A stretch of 64,000 nt of DNA from a virus, in IMG/VR virus record IMGVR_UViG_3300034072_001149, positions 1 to 64,000 of that record. One strand, written 5' to 3'. The notes beneath the pieces were generated by a model. The model ran no database searches and was not told the DNA's origin. It saw only the letters and a program-made list of their open reading frames with translations. Made by a program: the position numbers and the translations under genes. Below, one piece after another: positions 28,898-38,409 of the stretch; position 1 is the stretch's first letter; every line of letters starts with the position of its first letter.

Positions 28898-29557
28898 GTG
28901 ACACCGCCCAAATATCCTCGCACGTTTCACTGGCCGTGGTCCCAGCAGGTCCATAGCGATGACTCCTACCATCAAGATCCGGAGTTCTTCGTCGGCAAAG
29001 AGATCGTAATCACAGAAAAACTAGACGGTGGAAACACTGCCCTGAATGCCGGCAACGTTTATGCTCGTTCGACAGGACAGGAAGCCACACAGGGCTGGTT
29101 TGCTCATGTGAAGAAATACCATGCTTGGAAGACTACTGGGCTAGACCCTATTGTCACCATTTATGGTGAAGATCTGGCTGCTCTTCATTCTATCAAGTAT
29201 AATCTTCCAATGGACGAGACTTACAAGGTCTTTGCTGTTCGGAAGAACGATACGTTTCTGAACTGGGCAGAAGTGGTTTCCACTGCTGATGCTAATGATC
29301 TTGACGTTGTCCCCGTTATTTTTCAGGGCCAGTTCAATAGCGTCAAGGAAATTACCAAGTTCTTTGAAGCGGAAATCGTTAAGCCTAGCTTGTTTGGAAA
29401 CGAGCGCGAAGGTTTTGTGATGCGGACAATCGAAGACATTGTTGCTGATGAATTTGGCCAGCATGTCTGCAAGTATGTTCGGAAGAATCACGTTCAAACA
29501 GATGAGCACTGGACTAAAAACTGGACATGGAACGATTTGAGCCAGCCTAGTTACTAA
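28898..29557 (+). CDS. ATP-dependent RNA ligase catalytic domain
   Basis: KYPRTFH, TEKLDG (motif I), YGE, REGFVMR and KYVR motifs. Confidence 0.85.
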   Translation: MTPPKYPRTFHWPWSQQVHSDDSYHQDPEFFVGKEIVITEKLDGGNTALNAGNVYARSTGQEATQGWFAHVKKYHAWKTTGLDPIVTIYGEDLAALHSIKYNLPMDETYKVFAVRKNDTFLNWAEVVSTADANDLDVVPVIFQGQFNSVKEITKFFEAEIVKPSLFGNEREGFVMRTIEDIVADEFGQHVCKYVRKNHVQTDEHWTKNWTWNDLSQPSY

Positions 29558-29603
29558 ATTGACTCTTTGGGCCCTTTGAAAGCAAAGTAAGCCCAAAGAG
29601 TCA

Positions 29604-30113
29604 ATGGAGTCGTCAGTGTTTAAACCAGGCCAATACTATGCGATCCAAGCCGAGGACAAAAGCGGCATGGAAGTTTTCTGCGAGGTCCTTTATCAGTTCT
29701 CGACCCATGCTGATCGCCTGAGATCAATTGCCCGAAACGCGGCCAGATCCAACATAAATGACATCCATAGTTATGAAGATGATTATGAAATAACCACCAG
29801 GAATAATCCATTTGGCACAAAGCTATGGCCTATTAATTCTGATGTCACTGACATCATTCATAATATGAGAATCATACGAAAGTATGCCAGCAAATCAGAC
29901 ATTGATCCAAACAGCCTAAAAATTGTTGTCATCAATTGTTCAGTTGAGTCGTATGTTCCTGAAAGTCCTAGCGATGAAGAAACTGAACTAAGACGATTTG
30001 TTTTGGAAAAACTCAATAAAGAGGAAAAGCGTCTCTTGAAAGTAGAGCACTGGGACGTCTACAATAAACTCGCTGATCGATCCATGATCGATGACTCAGA
30101 AGATCCCGATTGA
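29604..30113 (+). CDS. Hypothetical protein
   Basis: 169 aa ORF in an early-gene run. Confidence 0.6.
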   Translation: MESSVFKPGQYYAIQAEDKSGMEVFCEVLYQFSTHADRLRSIARNAARSNINDIHSYEDDYEITTRNNPFGTKLWPINSDVTDIIHNMRIIRKYASKSDIDPNSLKIVVINCSVESYVPESPSDEETELRRFVLEKLNKEEKRLLKVEHWDVYNKLADRSMIDDSEDPD

Positions 30114-30144
30114 CAAATCAGAGTTAGTCTACTATAACTCTGGT

Positions 30145-31080
30145 ATGAAAAAGCCAAAGACAAATCCATGGTCACCAGTTCAGGGTCAAACCAATAGTGC
30201 CAATCCCACTAGCTTGAAAAAGTTAGAGGACGCCTATACTGTCCTAGAAAAAACCAAGGAAGCATTTGTTCCGGCTATGCCACTTAAGCCCACAAAGCAA
30301 GTTCCCAACATTGAAAAGCGATATAAGCAAATGGGGGAAATCATGGGGATTTGCCCCTATGAGCTCAAGGCTATATTGAATAGCTCGTTTGGCGAGCATG
30401 AAACACTGGTTATCACACTTCTAAAGAAGTTTGTAACCGCAGCAAAGCTCAGCGGATCGGTAGACCTCGTTTCTATCAACAAAATGTTGAAAGAAGCTGA
30501 AGATCGACATCAAAAAGATCTGCAGGAATGGAAAGACCACAGCAGGAAAATTGCTTCCATTCAAAAGAAGCACAAGCAAGATGTTGAAGAAAAACAGAAG
30601 GCATTCAGCCTAGCTTGGGGTAATATTCTCATTGACCTAGTAACCAAGCTGAGTCGAAATGATAACCTCCATAGTTTGGGTGATATGGATCAGCTAACGG
30701 TTCTGGCTATTGCTAGAACCGGAAGCAAATACTGTAAGGTGATAAAGAACAAGGTTGAGCTTGACTTCAACGAATGTAAAAAGATGCCATCTGATTTGAT
30801 AGTCAAACTTCAGAGTGTTGCTGCTACGATCAAATCAGAGCAAGAGTATAGAATTTGGGTCAAGTGGTTGAAGACCGCTTCAATTGAAGAGCTGAAGAAC
30901 GAACTCTATAAATCAGAAATGGGATTGAAGGATCTATCCTTTGATAAGGTAAGCGATATTACCATGGCTCTTTCTGAAAAGCTAGGCATCCAGTCAGCAA
31001 TAGACGAGTATGGTAATACGGAATACTTCTATAGCAAATCAAATTATGATGATTCATGGGATCCGTGGGGCGGTTACTGA
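30145..31080 (+). CDS. Hypothetical coiled-coil protein
   Basis: TTGACA-N17-TATAAC promoter at ~30110-30138; likely start MKKPK. Confidence 0.6.
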   Translation: MKKPKTNPWSPVQGQTNSANPTSLKKLEDAYTVLEKTKEAFVPAMPLKPTKQVPNIEKRYKQMGEIMGICPYELKAILNSSFGEHETLVITLLKKFVTAAKLSGSVDLVSINKMLKEAEDRHQKDLQEWKDHSRKIASIQKKHKQDVEEKQKAFSLAWGNILIDLVTKLSRNDNLHSLGDMDQLTVLAIARTGSKYCKVIKNKVELDFNECKKMPSDLIVKLQSVAATIKSEQEYRIWVKWLKTASIEELKNELYKSEMGLKDLSFDKVSDITMALSEKLGIQSAIDEYGNTEYFYSKSNYDDSWDPWGGY

Positions 31081-31169
31081 CCAAAAGTTTAGACGTTATG
31101 AGAATATAGACAGGTGGTGATACACCTGTCTACCGTATCCAAGAAGGTTAAAAACCGCTTGGAGTTCAG

Positions 31170-31517
31170 ATGTCTAGTTCCCCTGAAACTGATGATCTAG
31201 TAGCAGAGCTACAGGATCGCACCTATACCACTATCGCGTATATCATCAGAAATCTAGCGCAATCATATAACGCTAAGATCAATGATGCCCTGGCCGTCAA
31301 CAATGCGATACTCAACACAGTATCGCAAATGGTCGGAGAGATGATCGCCTGCTACCCCGAAAATGAAAGGGAGGAAGTTTCTCGAAACACCATTGAGCAT
31401 ATGAATTATGCTCAGGATATGATGGTTTTAGAACTTGATCCGAAGACTACCCCACCATCCACTGCTACTGAAGATACGCTTGATCTTGCCAACATGACCC
31501 CAAAGGGGAATTGTTGA
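31170..31517 (+). CDS. Hypothetical protein
   Basis: 115 aa ORF with GGAG RBS. Confidence 0.6.
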   Translation: MSSSPETDDLVAELQDRTYTTIAYIIRNLAQSYNAKINDALAVNNAILNTVSQMVGEMIACYPENEREEVSRNTIEHMNYAQDMMVLELDPKTTPPSTATEDTLDLANMTPKGNC

Positions 31518-32098
31518 TGACTAAGCTGTATAAAGTTCGAGACAAAGTCACTGGCAAGTTTTGGAATGGAAACTACCGTCGATCATCGTTTGATGATACC
31601 GGCAAGACTTGGAAAAAGGTGGATAAGGTAGAAAATAGCATAAGTCACTTTATCCGCTATCGTAATAGATTCAACGCCTCAACCAGCCACAGTCTTCCAG
31701 ATTCATGGGAAATTGTCACCGTTGAGCTGGTTGAGAAAGAAGTAGGCAAGGAAAGTTTAAACGACTATTTGAAATTCATCCTACTAAAGGATGAAGTCGA
31801 AAAGGTCAGCTTTCAGTTCTCTAACTTTCTAGACAGAATGCGATCCAAGAAGGTTCTTGATCAAATCGAGTTTCTAATTCTCCTGAAGCCGTCCGAGGGA
31901 CGATCCTATGTTACCATGGAAAGGATAATTGAAGCCAGAGCTCACATTCGAGGGCTTGGTATCAAGACTAGGACTTTCAAGGAGAGTTATGGCGTGTTTG
32001 GTATGATGGATCGTCAACAAGCACTGCGGGCTCGGATGACGCTAGATGTCGCGGCTGTTGTTGATCTACGTGAATTGAGAAACAAACTAGGAATTTAA
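31517..32098 (+). CDS. Hypothetical protein (paralog of 22202..22846)
   Basis: Shared N- and C-terminal patterns. Confidence 0.65.
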   Translation: MTKLYKVRDKVTGKFWNGNYRRSSFDDTGKTWKKVDKVENSISHFIRYRNRFNASTSHSLPDSWEIVTVELVEKEVGKESLNDYLKFILLKDEVEKVSFQFSNFLDRMRSKKVLDQIEFLILLKPSEGRSYVTMERIIEARAHIRGLGIKTRTFKESYGVFGMMDRQQALRARMTLDVAAVVDLRELRNKLGI

Positions 32099-32180
32099 CC
32101 TAACCTTTGCCTTTCTGGTTGACATCCTATCTCCTGAGTGTAGAACCAGGATATAGGCAGTAAGGCAAAGGAGATCGAAA

Positions 32181-32552
32181 TTGGGCACTACCACACTCAA
32201 GGATTATGGCCGCCATTCGGAACGCCATGGTGACATTCCTTTTTATTATGGCTTTCCCTATCGTTTTTGGTTTGGGGAGCACCAGCTGGCTCCGGAAGAC
32301 GTCGAGACCTGGTGTCGTGAGAACTGCGTTGGCTTCTACAAGACGGTCAGCTATACCCACAAGTCGTCGGTCCGGGTCAAGGGCCAGCCCAACAAGTTCG
32401 ATACCAAGGTGGTCTATATCGACAAGATCTACCTGGCCAGTGATGCTGATGCCATGCGCGTCAAGCTTCAGTTCGACGTTCGTGACGAGGTCGTGAAGCG
32501 GCCGGAACGAATCAAGGCTCGGCGCAAGAAGCGCAGGGTAGTCAAGGCTTAA
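32181..32552 (+). CDS. Small basic protein of the expanded 'F....DA..FKL' family
   Basis: AAGGAG RBS, TTG start, GC-rich codons, IYLASDADAMRVKLQF. Confidence 0.7.
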   Translation: MGTTTLKDYGRHSERHGDIPFYYGFPYRFWFGEHQLAPEDVETWCRENCVGFYKTVSYTHKSSVRVKGQPNKFDTKVVYIDKIYLASDADAMRVKLQFDVRDEVVKRPERIKARRKKRRVVKA

Positions 32553-32565
32553 CGCCTTGAAACGC

Positions 32566-32604
32566 AAGAAAAAGGTCGGGGAACCAATCTCCGACCTTTT
32601 TCTT
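32566..32604. terminator. Bidirectional intrinsic terminator
   Basis: aaaaaggtcggg...tccgaccttttt. Confidence 0.75.
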
Positions 32605-32680
32605 TATTTTGAGTATTGATCTTTTGGATCATGCTCAGTATATAATGTTCTATCCATTGAACAACAAAAGGATATCGTTC

Positions 32681-33181
32681 ATGAAGACTATCGTTCTCGC
32701 CGCCGTTGCGGCTCTGGCCGCAATGGCAACTCCTGCCGCAGCACAGGATTTCACCGGCGCTCGTGTTGGCGCAACTGTCGGCTACGACAACGTTCAGGGC
32801 GTCGAAGACGTCGCTTACAATGCCGTGGTCGGATATGACCTGGCTGTTGCTCCCAAGGTGACGCTGGGCGCTGAAGCTACCCTGGGTGACTCGGAAATTT
32901 CGACGGCCGGTGTGGCTGCTTCGCGCGACGTGGGCATCTCGCTCCGCGCTGGCTATATCGTGACTCCTCGTCTGCTGGCATTCGGCAAGGTCGGCTACGC
33001 AACGACCCGCGTCGAGACCCTGGTCGGCAACACCAACTTCGAAGGTGTTCGTTTCGGTGGCGGTCTGGAATATGCGGTGACGAAGAACGCCTATGTTTCG
33101 GCTGAATATGCTCGCACCGAGTATGAGGCCGGCATCGGTGGCCGCGACCAGGCACTGGTCGGCGTCGGCATCCGCTTCTAA
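32681..33181 (+). CDS. Outer-membrane 8-stranded beta-barrel protein (Omp25/RopB/porin-like)
   Basis: Signal peptide MKTIVLAAVAALAAMATPAAA, FTGARVGATVGYD, RAGY, GGGLEY and C-terminal GIRF. Confidence 0.88.
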   Translation: MKTIVLAAVAALAAMATPAAAQDFTGARVGATVGYDNVQGVEDVAYNAVVGYDLAVAPKVTLGAEATLGDSEISTAGVAASRDVGISLRAGYIVTPRLLAFGKVGYATTRVETLVGNTNFEGVRFGGGLEYAVTKNAYVSAEYARTEYEAGIGGRDQALVGVGIRF

Positions 33182-33194
33182 TACAAGCGAAATT

Positions 33195-33232
33195 GAAATG
33201 GGCGGCTGGGCGCAAGCCTGGTCGCCCATTTC
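33195..33232 (+). terminator. Intrinsic terminator
   Basis: gaaatgggcggctgggc-gcaa-gcctggtcgcccatttc. Confidence 0.7.
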
Positions 33233-33275
33233 CATGAATATAGCATCTACCTACCTAATATGTTAACACCAGTTA

Positions 33276-33824
33276 ATGTTTACGTTATTCCTCCTAGCTT
33301 GTGCCCTTGCTGCTGACGGGTTCGCTGTTTCAATCTGTCGGGGAGCAGCAAGCAATCATAGCTGGAACAAGGCTATTGGAACCGGTATCATATTTGGGTT
33401 GATGCATGTTTTCATGATTGGTTTAGGCTGGTATGTTGGTGATATTATACACGACTGGAAAGACTTTGCTCCTTGGATTGCTTGTGCCATTCTCTGCCTT
33501 CTAGGCGGGAAAATGTTGATAGAAGGGCGAGAGGAGCCCGATAGCGTTGACGCAGGTCAGACTAATAGAGATATCAAGATCGCCCTCATAGGGCTTCTGA
33601 GCGCATCTGTGGCTACTAGCTTGGACGGTGCTGCTGCCGGTATTACTCTCCCTCTCATGGGGCTGAGCTTCTGGATTAACGCAATTGTAATAGGCGGAGT
33701 CACAACTGTGCTCTGTATTGCCGGATATAGAGCAGGCGCTCTTATAGGGGCTCGTTGGGGCAAATATGCGGAATCTGCGGGTGGTCTTGTGCTCATTGTG
33801 ATCGGTCTAAACCTTCTTCCTTGA
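33276..33824 (+). CDS. mntP: MntP-like manganese efflux membrane protein
   Basis: ALAADGFAVSI and ATSLDGAAAG match the two MntP motifs; ends AESAGGLVLIVIG. Confidence 0.85.
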   Translation: MFTLFLLACALAADGFAVSICRGAASNHSWNKAIGTGIIFGLMHVFMIGLGWYVGDIIHDWKDFAPWIACAILCLLGGKMLIEGREEPDSVDAGQTNRDIKIALIGLLSASVATSLDGAAAGITLPLMGLSFWINAIVIGGVTTVLCIAGYRAGALIGARWGKYAESAGGLVLIVIGLNLLP

Positions 33825-33872
33825 CAAACGGGCTCTAAATGTAGCAAATGCTGATAAAGCAAGGAGACGTTT

Positions 33873-34205
33873 ATGTTTGAGAAGACCCAAAAAGCTGTTA
33901 CTGAACTCAGTCAGGCAATTTCACAGGATTTGACATCCGCTGTCGCAATGGCCAAAGCTGTTGTGGTTCCAACGGTTACTGAGTATCTGAATAAGATCGC
34001 GGCGGCAGCTCAGAATACTTCACAGGGCGTTCAGGACGGTTCGCTGTTCAAGGCCACCGAGCAGGTAGTCAAGCCTGTAGCCGATCCGCTTCCCACTGAA
34101 GCACAGAACGATGCTATCAAGGTTCTACGGGCGCTCGGCAAAACTGACGAAGAGATCGCCAAGGCTGTTGGAGTCTCGGTCTTGACAGTGAAGATGGCAG
34201 TTTGA
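33873..34205 (+). CDS. Hypothetical protein with C-terminal HTH
   Basis: LRALGKTDEEIAKAVGVS. Confidence 0.65.
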   Translation: MFEKTQKAVTELSQAISQDLTSAVAMAKAVVVPTVTEYLNKIAAAAQNTSQGVQDGSLFKATEQVVKPVADPLPTEAQNDAIKVLRALGKTDEEIAKAVGVSVLTVKMAV

Positions 34206-34206
34206 C

Positions 34207-35040
34207 TTGATATCTGAATCACATCGTCGAGCCCTCAGTGAATCTTTGAAAAGAGGATTCGCTGAGGGTCGTTCTGCGAATAAAGGTAAGTTGGGGAAAA
34301 AGGATTCTCCTGAAACTCGGGAGAAGAAACGACTTGCTGCCTTGAATCGTAAGCCCCACAGCCAGGAAACCAAGGACAAGATAGGTAAAGCACATAAAGG
34401 TAAGATAATGCCTCGTGAAGCGGTAGAGAAGCAACAAGCTAGCTATCTTGAAGCCATAGAGAGAAATGGTGGCGGTTTTGCCACTGGTCCACGGTCACAA
34501 GAGATGCGTGATCGAATGAGTGAGATCGCGAAGAATCGTCCTGAATCTGAATGGCGGCCAAAGATGGAAGCCGCGTGGGAAGCTCGTCGAGGCGTTAAAC
34601 TCTCTCCTGAGCAATGTGAAAAACATCGCCAAGCTACTTTAAAATGGATGCAGGAAAATCCTACAAGGGTCTTCAACACCAAAGTTGAATTAGCCTTTAG
34701 ATCTGAGCTTGATTCTCGAGGAATAGCTTATGTCCAGCAGTTCAGAATAGAAAACCATCCCTACGACTTCTTTCTATCTGATTATAATACCATTGTTGAA
34801 ATAGATGGTCCACACCACTGGAAAGGTCCAATCTGGGGCGTTTCTGGCAAAACCCAAGAAGAGAAAGATCAGATCTTTGAACGCCAATTAAACAAAGATG
34901 CTCGAGAAAACATGATTGCTGGTCTTTATGGATATCGTATTGTTCGTTTGCCAGTAGGTTCTAAACTAGATAATGGACCATATGGTCCATTTTTGGAAGT
35001 TCTCAAATCTCAAGGTTTAGAACTCAAAGAAAAGGAGTGA
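34207..35040 (+). CDS. Homing endonuclease: NUMOD3 repeats plus Vsr/DUF559-like nuclease
   Basis: HSQETKDKIG repeats; TKVE...YDF...VEIDGPHHW...D...GYRIVR. Confidence 0.8.
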   Translation: MISESHRRALSESLKRGFAEGRSANKGKLGKKDSPETREKKRLAALNRKPHSQETKDKIGKAHKGKIMPREAVEKQQASYLEAIERNGGGFATGPRSQEMRDRMSEIAKNRPESEWRPKMEAAWEARRGVKLSPEQCEKHRQATLKWMQENPTRVFNTKVELAFRSELDSRGIAYVQQFRIENHPYDFFLSDYNTIVEIDGPHHWKGPIWGVSGKTQEEKDQIFERQLNKDARENMIAGLYGYRIVRLPVGSKLDNGPYGPFLEVLKSQGLELKEKE

Positions 35041-35065
35041 CCCTTTCGGGTCACTCCCTTTTTTT
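35031..35065. terminator. Bidirectional terminator between HEG and capsid gene
   Basis: aaaggagtgaccc-tttc-gggtcactccctttttt. Confidence 0.8.
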
Positions 35066-35106
35066 GAAGTCGTGGTGTAATAAAATTACACCACGTTGTA
35101 ATAAAA

Positions 35107-36330
35107 TTACAAAAACTTCAGGTTGTTGGTGTTGATACCAACCAGACCTAGGTAGTCTGCAGCGTTACCCAGCGACGATGCGCTGTTGGTGAGCTCCAGG
35201 TAACCATAACGGGTCATGAACGAAACCACTGGCTCGAAAGTCTGTGGATCGATAACAACGCCCGAAGAGGTCAGTGGGACGTATGGGCAGTAGTATGCCG
35301 CAGCGTCGATTTCACCCTGGCCTTTGTAACCAACGAGAACAGGAGTGTCGTCCTGTGCGTACTGGTCAACGTAGACGCGCAGCGAGTTGTTCAGCGTACC
35401 AACATACTTGGTGTTGGTTGGTGCTTCAAACACGCCTTCGGTGGTGCGAGCGAACGCCGAAGTAGTAGCAGACTGCAGGATGGTCAGAGCGGTTGGGCTC
35501 ACAACAATCCAGTTAGCTGCGCCACGACGGGTGCGCTGTGCGATCAGGTTAGCCTGACGGTTGATCAGAACCGAAAGAGCAGCATGTTCGTCACCGACGA
35601 ACGTTGCGGTGCCCGAAACCGAACCCTGGTCATAGATAGCAGTCGCAGCACCTGGAAGCATACGCAGCGAGTTCAGGATTTCCTGGTCGATTTCTGCGGT
35701 GATTTCCTGTGCCAGAGCAGCCATGATTTCAGCTTCAATGTCGATGCCCTGCTGAGCCTGTGCGTCCTGCTGAGCCTCAAAGGTCCAACGAGCGCTCAGA
35801 CGACGAGTCTTAGCTTCGACGGTTTCCTTCAGGATCTGGATCGACAGACGGTTGCCTGGGCGACCTTCAAGAGCTGCGGTCGAAGCAGCACGTGGGTTCT
35901 GAGCGTTGGTTTCACCGTTACCCGAATATGCCTTAGCAATATCGAATGGGCTTAGTGCTTCTGCGCCAGCGGTAACACCAGCAGCGTTGTCCGCATAGCG
36001 AACGCGCAGGGTGTGGATCTGAGCAACAGGACCAGTCATTGGCTGAACGCCGATGATTTCGTTAGCAATAACGGTTGGCATAACGCGACGCAGAACTGGA
36101 AGGATAACCTTGTTCATTGTTGCCACGTTACCAGCAGCGGTGCCACCAGCGGAAGCTGTTTCCATCAGAGGGTTACGACGCATCAGATCCTGGCGAGTGT
36201 TCTCTAGAACAGTCTCCATAACCTTCTGCTTGTTGGGGTTTGGCGAGCCATCCATGTTGACCTGCAGGTCGCGACCCTCGCAGAGAGCCTCCTTGGTAGC
36301 CTTCCAATTGCTTTCAAAAAGATTAGCCAT
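35107..36330 (-). CDS. gp23: Major capsid protein (T4 gp23-like)
   Basis: RRVMPTVIANEIIGVQPMTGP, EAKTRRL, EITAEID, YCPYVPL and MTRYG motifs. Confidence 0.97.
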   Translation of the reverse strand: MANLFESNWKATKEALCEGRDLQVNMDGSPNPNKQKVMETVLENTRQDLMRRNPLMETASAGGTAAGNVATMNKVILPVLRRVMPTVIANEIIGVQPMTGPVAQIHTLRVRYADNAAGVTAGAEALSPFDIAKAYSGNGETNAQNPRAASTAALEGRPGNRLSIQILKETVEAKTRRLSARWTFEAQQDAQAQQGIDIEAEIMAALAQEITAEIDQEILNSLRMLPGAATAIYDQGSVSGTATFVGDEHAALSVLINRQANLIAQRTRRGAANWIVVSPTALTILQSATTSAFARTTEGVFEAPTNTKYVGTLNNSLRVYVDQYAQDDTPVLVGYKGQGEIDAAAYYCPYVPLTSSGVVIDPQTFEPVVSFMTRYGYLELTNSASSLGNAADYLGLVGINTNNLKFL

Positions 36331-36344
36331 TGTAAAGATTCTCC

Positions 36345-37754
36345 TTATTCTTCAATTCCAGCCAGTCGGCGAAGCTCTGCAATCTCGGAAGTCGACTTTG
36401 CAGGGGCATCCTCCGCGCGGGCAGATTCAGCAAGTGGGTTGACGCGGTTGCCAGTTACGGCCACCGTCTTCTTAGGTTCGGCAGCAGTCTCAGACAGCGT
36501 GCGACGACCCTGGTTTGCGCTCCTCATGCCCTCGTTGAGGACAGTTGGAAGGTACTTTTGGAAGGCTTCTTTGAGCTTATCCGTTTTCACGGTTTCAAGA
36601 AGTTCTTCCATCACGTTCCTCTTCTCCTTACTTAGTGGGGAGAGAAGTTCGTTCTTGATCTGAATACGAGCAGCGCGCTCTTCAGCTAGCTTTGCCTTGC
36701 GGGCAGCTAGCGTGATTTGTTCGTTCTTCTCGTTCAGAATCTGGTTAGCAGCTTCTAGCTGGCTCTTGCTTTCGTTGAGCTGCGCCTGCAGCTTACGAAC
36801 TTCAGAACCTTCGCTTAGGTAGCTGGTCATGAACTCGGCTTGGAAAGCTTCAAACAGTCGGCGACCGAACATATTGTTGCGGGCTTCCTGGATGTCTTCC
36901 TTCAGCTGAGTCAATTCGCTGCGGATCTGAGCGTCGATGGTTGATTCAACTAGCTTGCTTGCGCGAGCAATGAATGCCTTCTTGGTCTCATCCAACTTTG
37001 CCTTGGACTCAGCAATCAAACGAACCTTGGCTTCAACAAGAGCATTCTTGTCTTCTTCCAGTTCCTTGATTTCCTTGTTCAGGTTTTCGAGAACAAAGTT
37101 CTCGAGCTTGTTAATACGGGCAGCGGTCTGCTCGTTCATCGAAATACGGTGCTCACGAAGCTTCTTCGCATCTGCGACGCGCTGCTCAGCAAGTGCCTTT
37201 TCCTGTGCCTTAACCGAACCAATCTCTTCAGATAGCTTGGTCATGACAAACTGTTCGATGCGAGAAGTGTGTTCAGCAAGCTTGGCATCATAAGAAGCCT
37301 TGGCTTCCGAGATTTCCTTTGCTAGCTTGACACGCTGTTCCTGCATTAGAGCGTGATCTTCTGAAATGCCCTTTAGCTCTTCAGCCAACTGGGTCATAAC
37401 AAACTGCTCAAGCATCTTGGTGTGCTCAGCAATCTTAGCCTTGTAAGAAGCACGAGCTTCCTTGATGGCCACTGTTAGATTAGCGCGCTCTTCATTTAGT
37501 GCCTTAGTCGCCGCAACCGACTCAATCGCATACTGCTTAACAGCATCGGTGAGCATGTTGTCCATTGCTTCAACAAGGTTACCCTTGTCAGCTTCAAAGC
37601 GAACCGAAAACTCTTCGCGAACCTGTTCTTCAACTTCCTCACGGATAGAAGAACGGACCTCGTCTAGCTTTGCGTTCCAGGCTTCCTCGAGTGCGGTTTT
37701 TGTGTCTTCGTTTAGAAGACCCGACTCCAGGAGTGAATTTAGTCCATTATCCAT
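36345..37754 (-). CDS. Prohead scaffold/core protein (gp22-like)
   Basis: Long coiled coil, FGRRLFEAF, ends LRRLAGI; located between protease and capsid genes. Confidence 0.85.
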   Translation of the reverse strand: MDNGLNSLLESGLLNEDTKTALEEAWNAKLDEVRSSIREEVEEQVREEFSVRFEADKGNLVEAMDNMLTDAVKQYAIESVAATKALNEERANLTVAIKEARASYKAKIAEHTKMLEQFVMTQLAEELKGISEDHALMQEQRVKLAKEISEAKASYDAKLAEHTSRIEQFVMTKLSEEIGSVKAQEKALAEQRVADAKKLREHRISMNEQTAARINKLENFVLENLNKEIKELEEDKNALVEAKVRLIAESKAKLDETKKAFIARASKLVESTIDAQIRSELTQLKEDIQEARNNMFGRRLFEAFQAEFMTSYLSEGSEVRKLQAQLNESKSQLEAANQILNEKNEQITLAARKAKLAEERAARIQIKNELLSPLSKEKRNVMEELLETVKTDKLKEAFQKYLPTVLNEGMRSANQGRRTLSETAAEPKKTVAVTGNRVNPLAESARAEDAPAKSTSEIAELRRLAGIEE

Positions 37755-37765
37755 GAAACTTCTCC

Positions 37766-38404
37766 TTAGGCTTTGAGGTTGTGGATCCAGTTCAAGAGCT
37801 CTTTAGCAAGATGCCCTTGTGCCTTTGGATCATGCTTCACGGCATGTGCCAGATCTTCAATGACCGCACCACGACGACGCATATTCAGCGCCTCGTAGAC
37901 TGCCTTGGGATAAGCCTCTGGTGCCGATGGACGCGCTACGATATCAACAGTAACGATTTCAAAATCTGAAACGTTACCATGTTCGTCTACGTTACCGGAA
38001 CCGCGAGAGCTAACACCAAGCTTCACACCATTCTCAAGAAGGGTGCGAACAATGTTGCCCATTGGGGTTGGGAGAATCTTCAGCTTGCCCATACCATTTG
38101 GACCATCCATATACATCTCGGTGATCATGTGTGAAACACGGTCGATGTTAATGTTCAGTTCCTCAGGGTGGTCGGCTTCGCCGAGAACACTCTCTCCCCT
38201 ACGTAGGGTGTCATTGATGCTATCAACAGCCATGCGAATTTCGCTAACTGGATAGACTCTCTGGTTATGGTTCTTGGTACCGCCCTGGACGAAAATACCG
38301 CGCATGAACAAGTCCTTGGGCTTGCCATCTACGCCACTTGCGCCCTCTTCAACGACGCACTTAGCTTCGTCAAAGTTCATTCTTTCGGTGAGAACCAATG
38401 CCAT
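37766..38404 (-). CDS. gp21: Prohead maturation protease (gp21-like)
   Basis: NQRVYP, GEADHP, RVSH, TPMG, LGVSSRGSG and DIVARPSAP motifs. Confidence 0.95.
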   Translation of the reverse strand: MALVLTERMNFDEAKCVVEEGASGVDGKPKDLFMRGIFVQGGTKNHNQRVYPVSEIRMAVDSINDTLRRGESVLGEADHPEELNINIDRVSHMITEMYMDGPNGMGKLKILPTPMGNIVRTLLENGVKLGVSSRGSGNVDEHGNVSDFEIVTVDIVARPSAPEAYPKAVYEALNMRRRGAVIEDLAHAVKHDPKAQGHLAKELLNWIHNLKA

Positions 38405-38409
38405 GTTGC

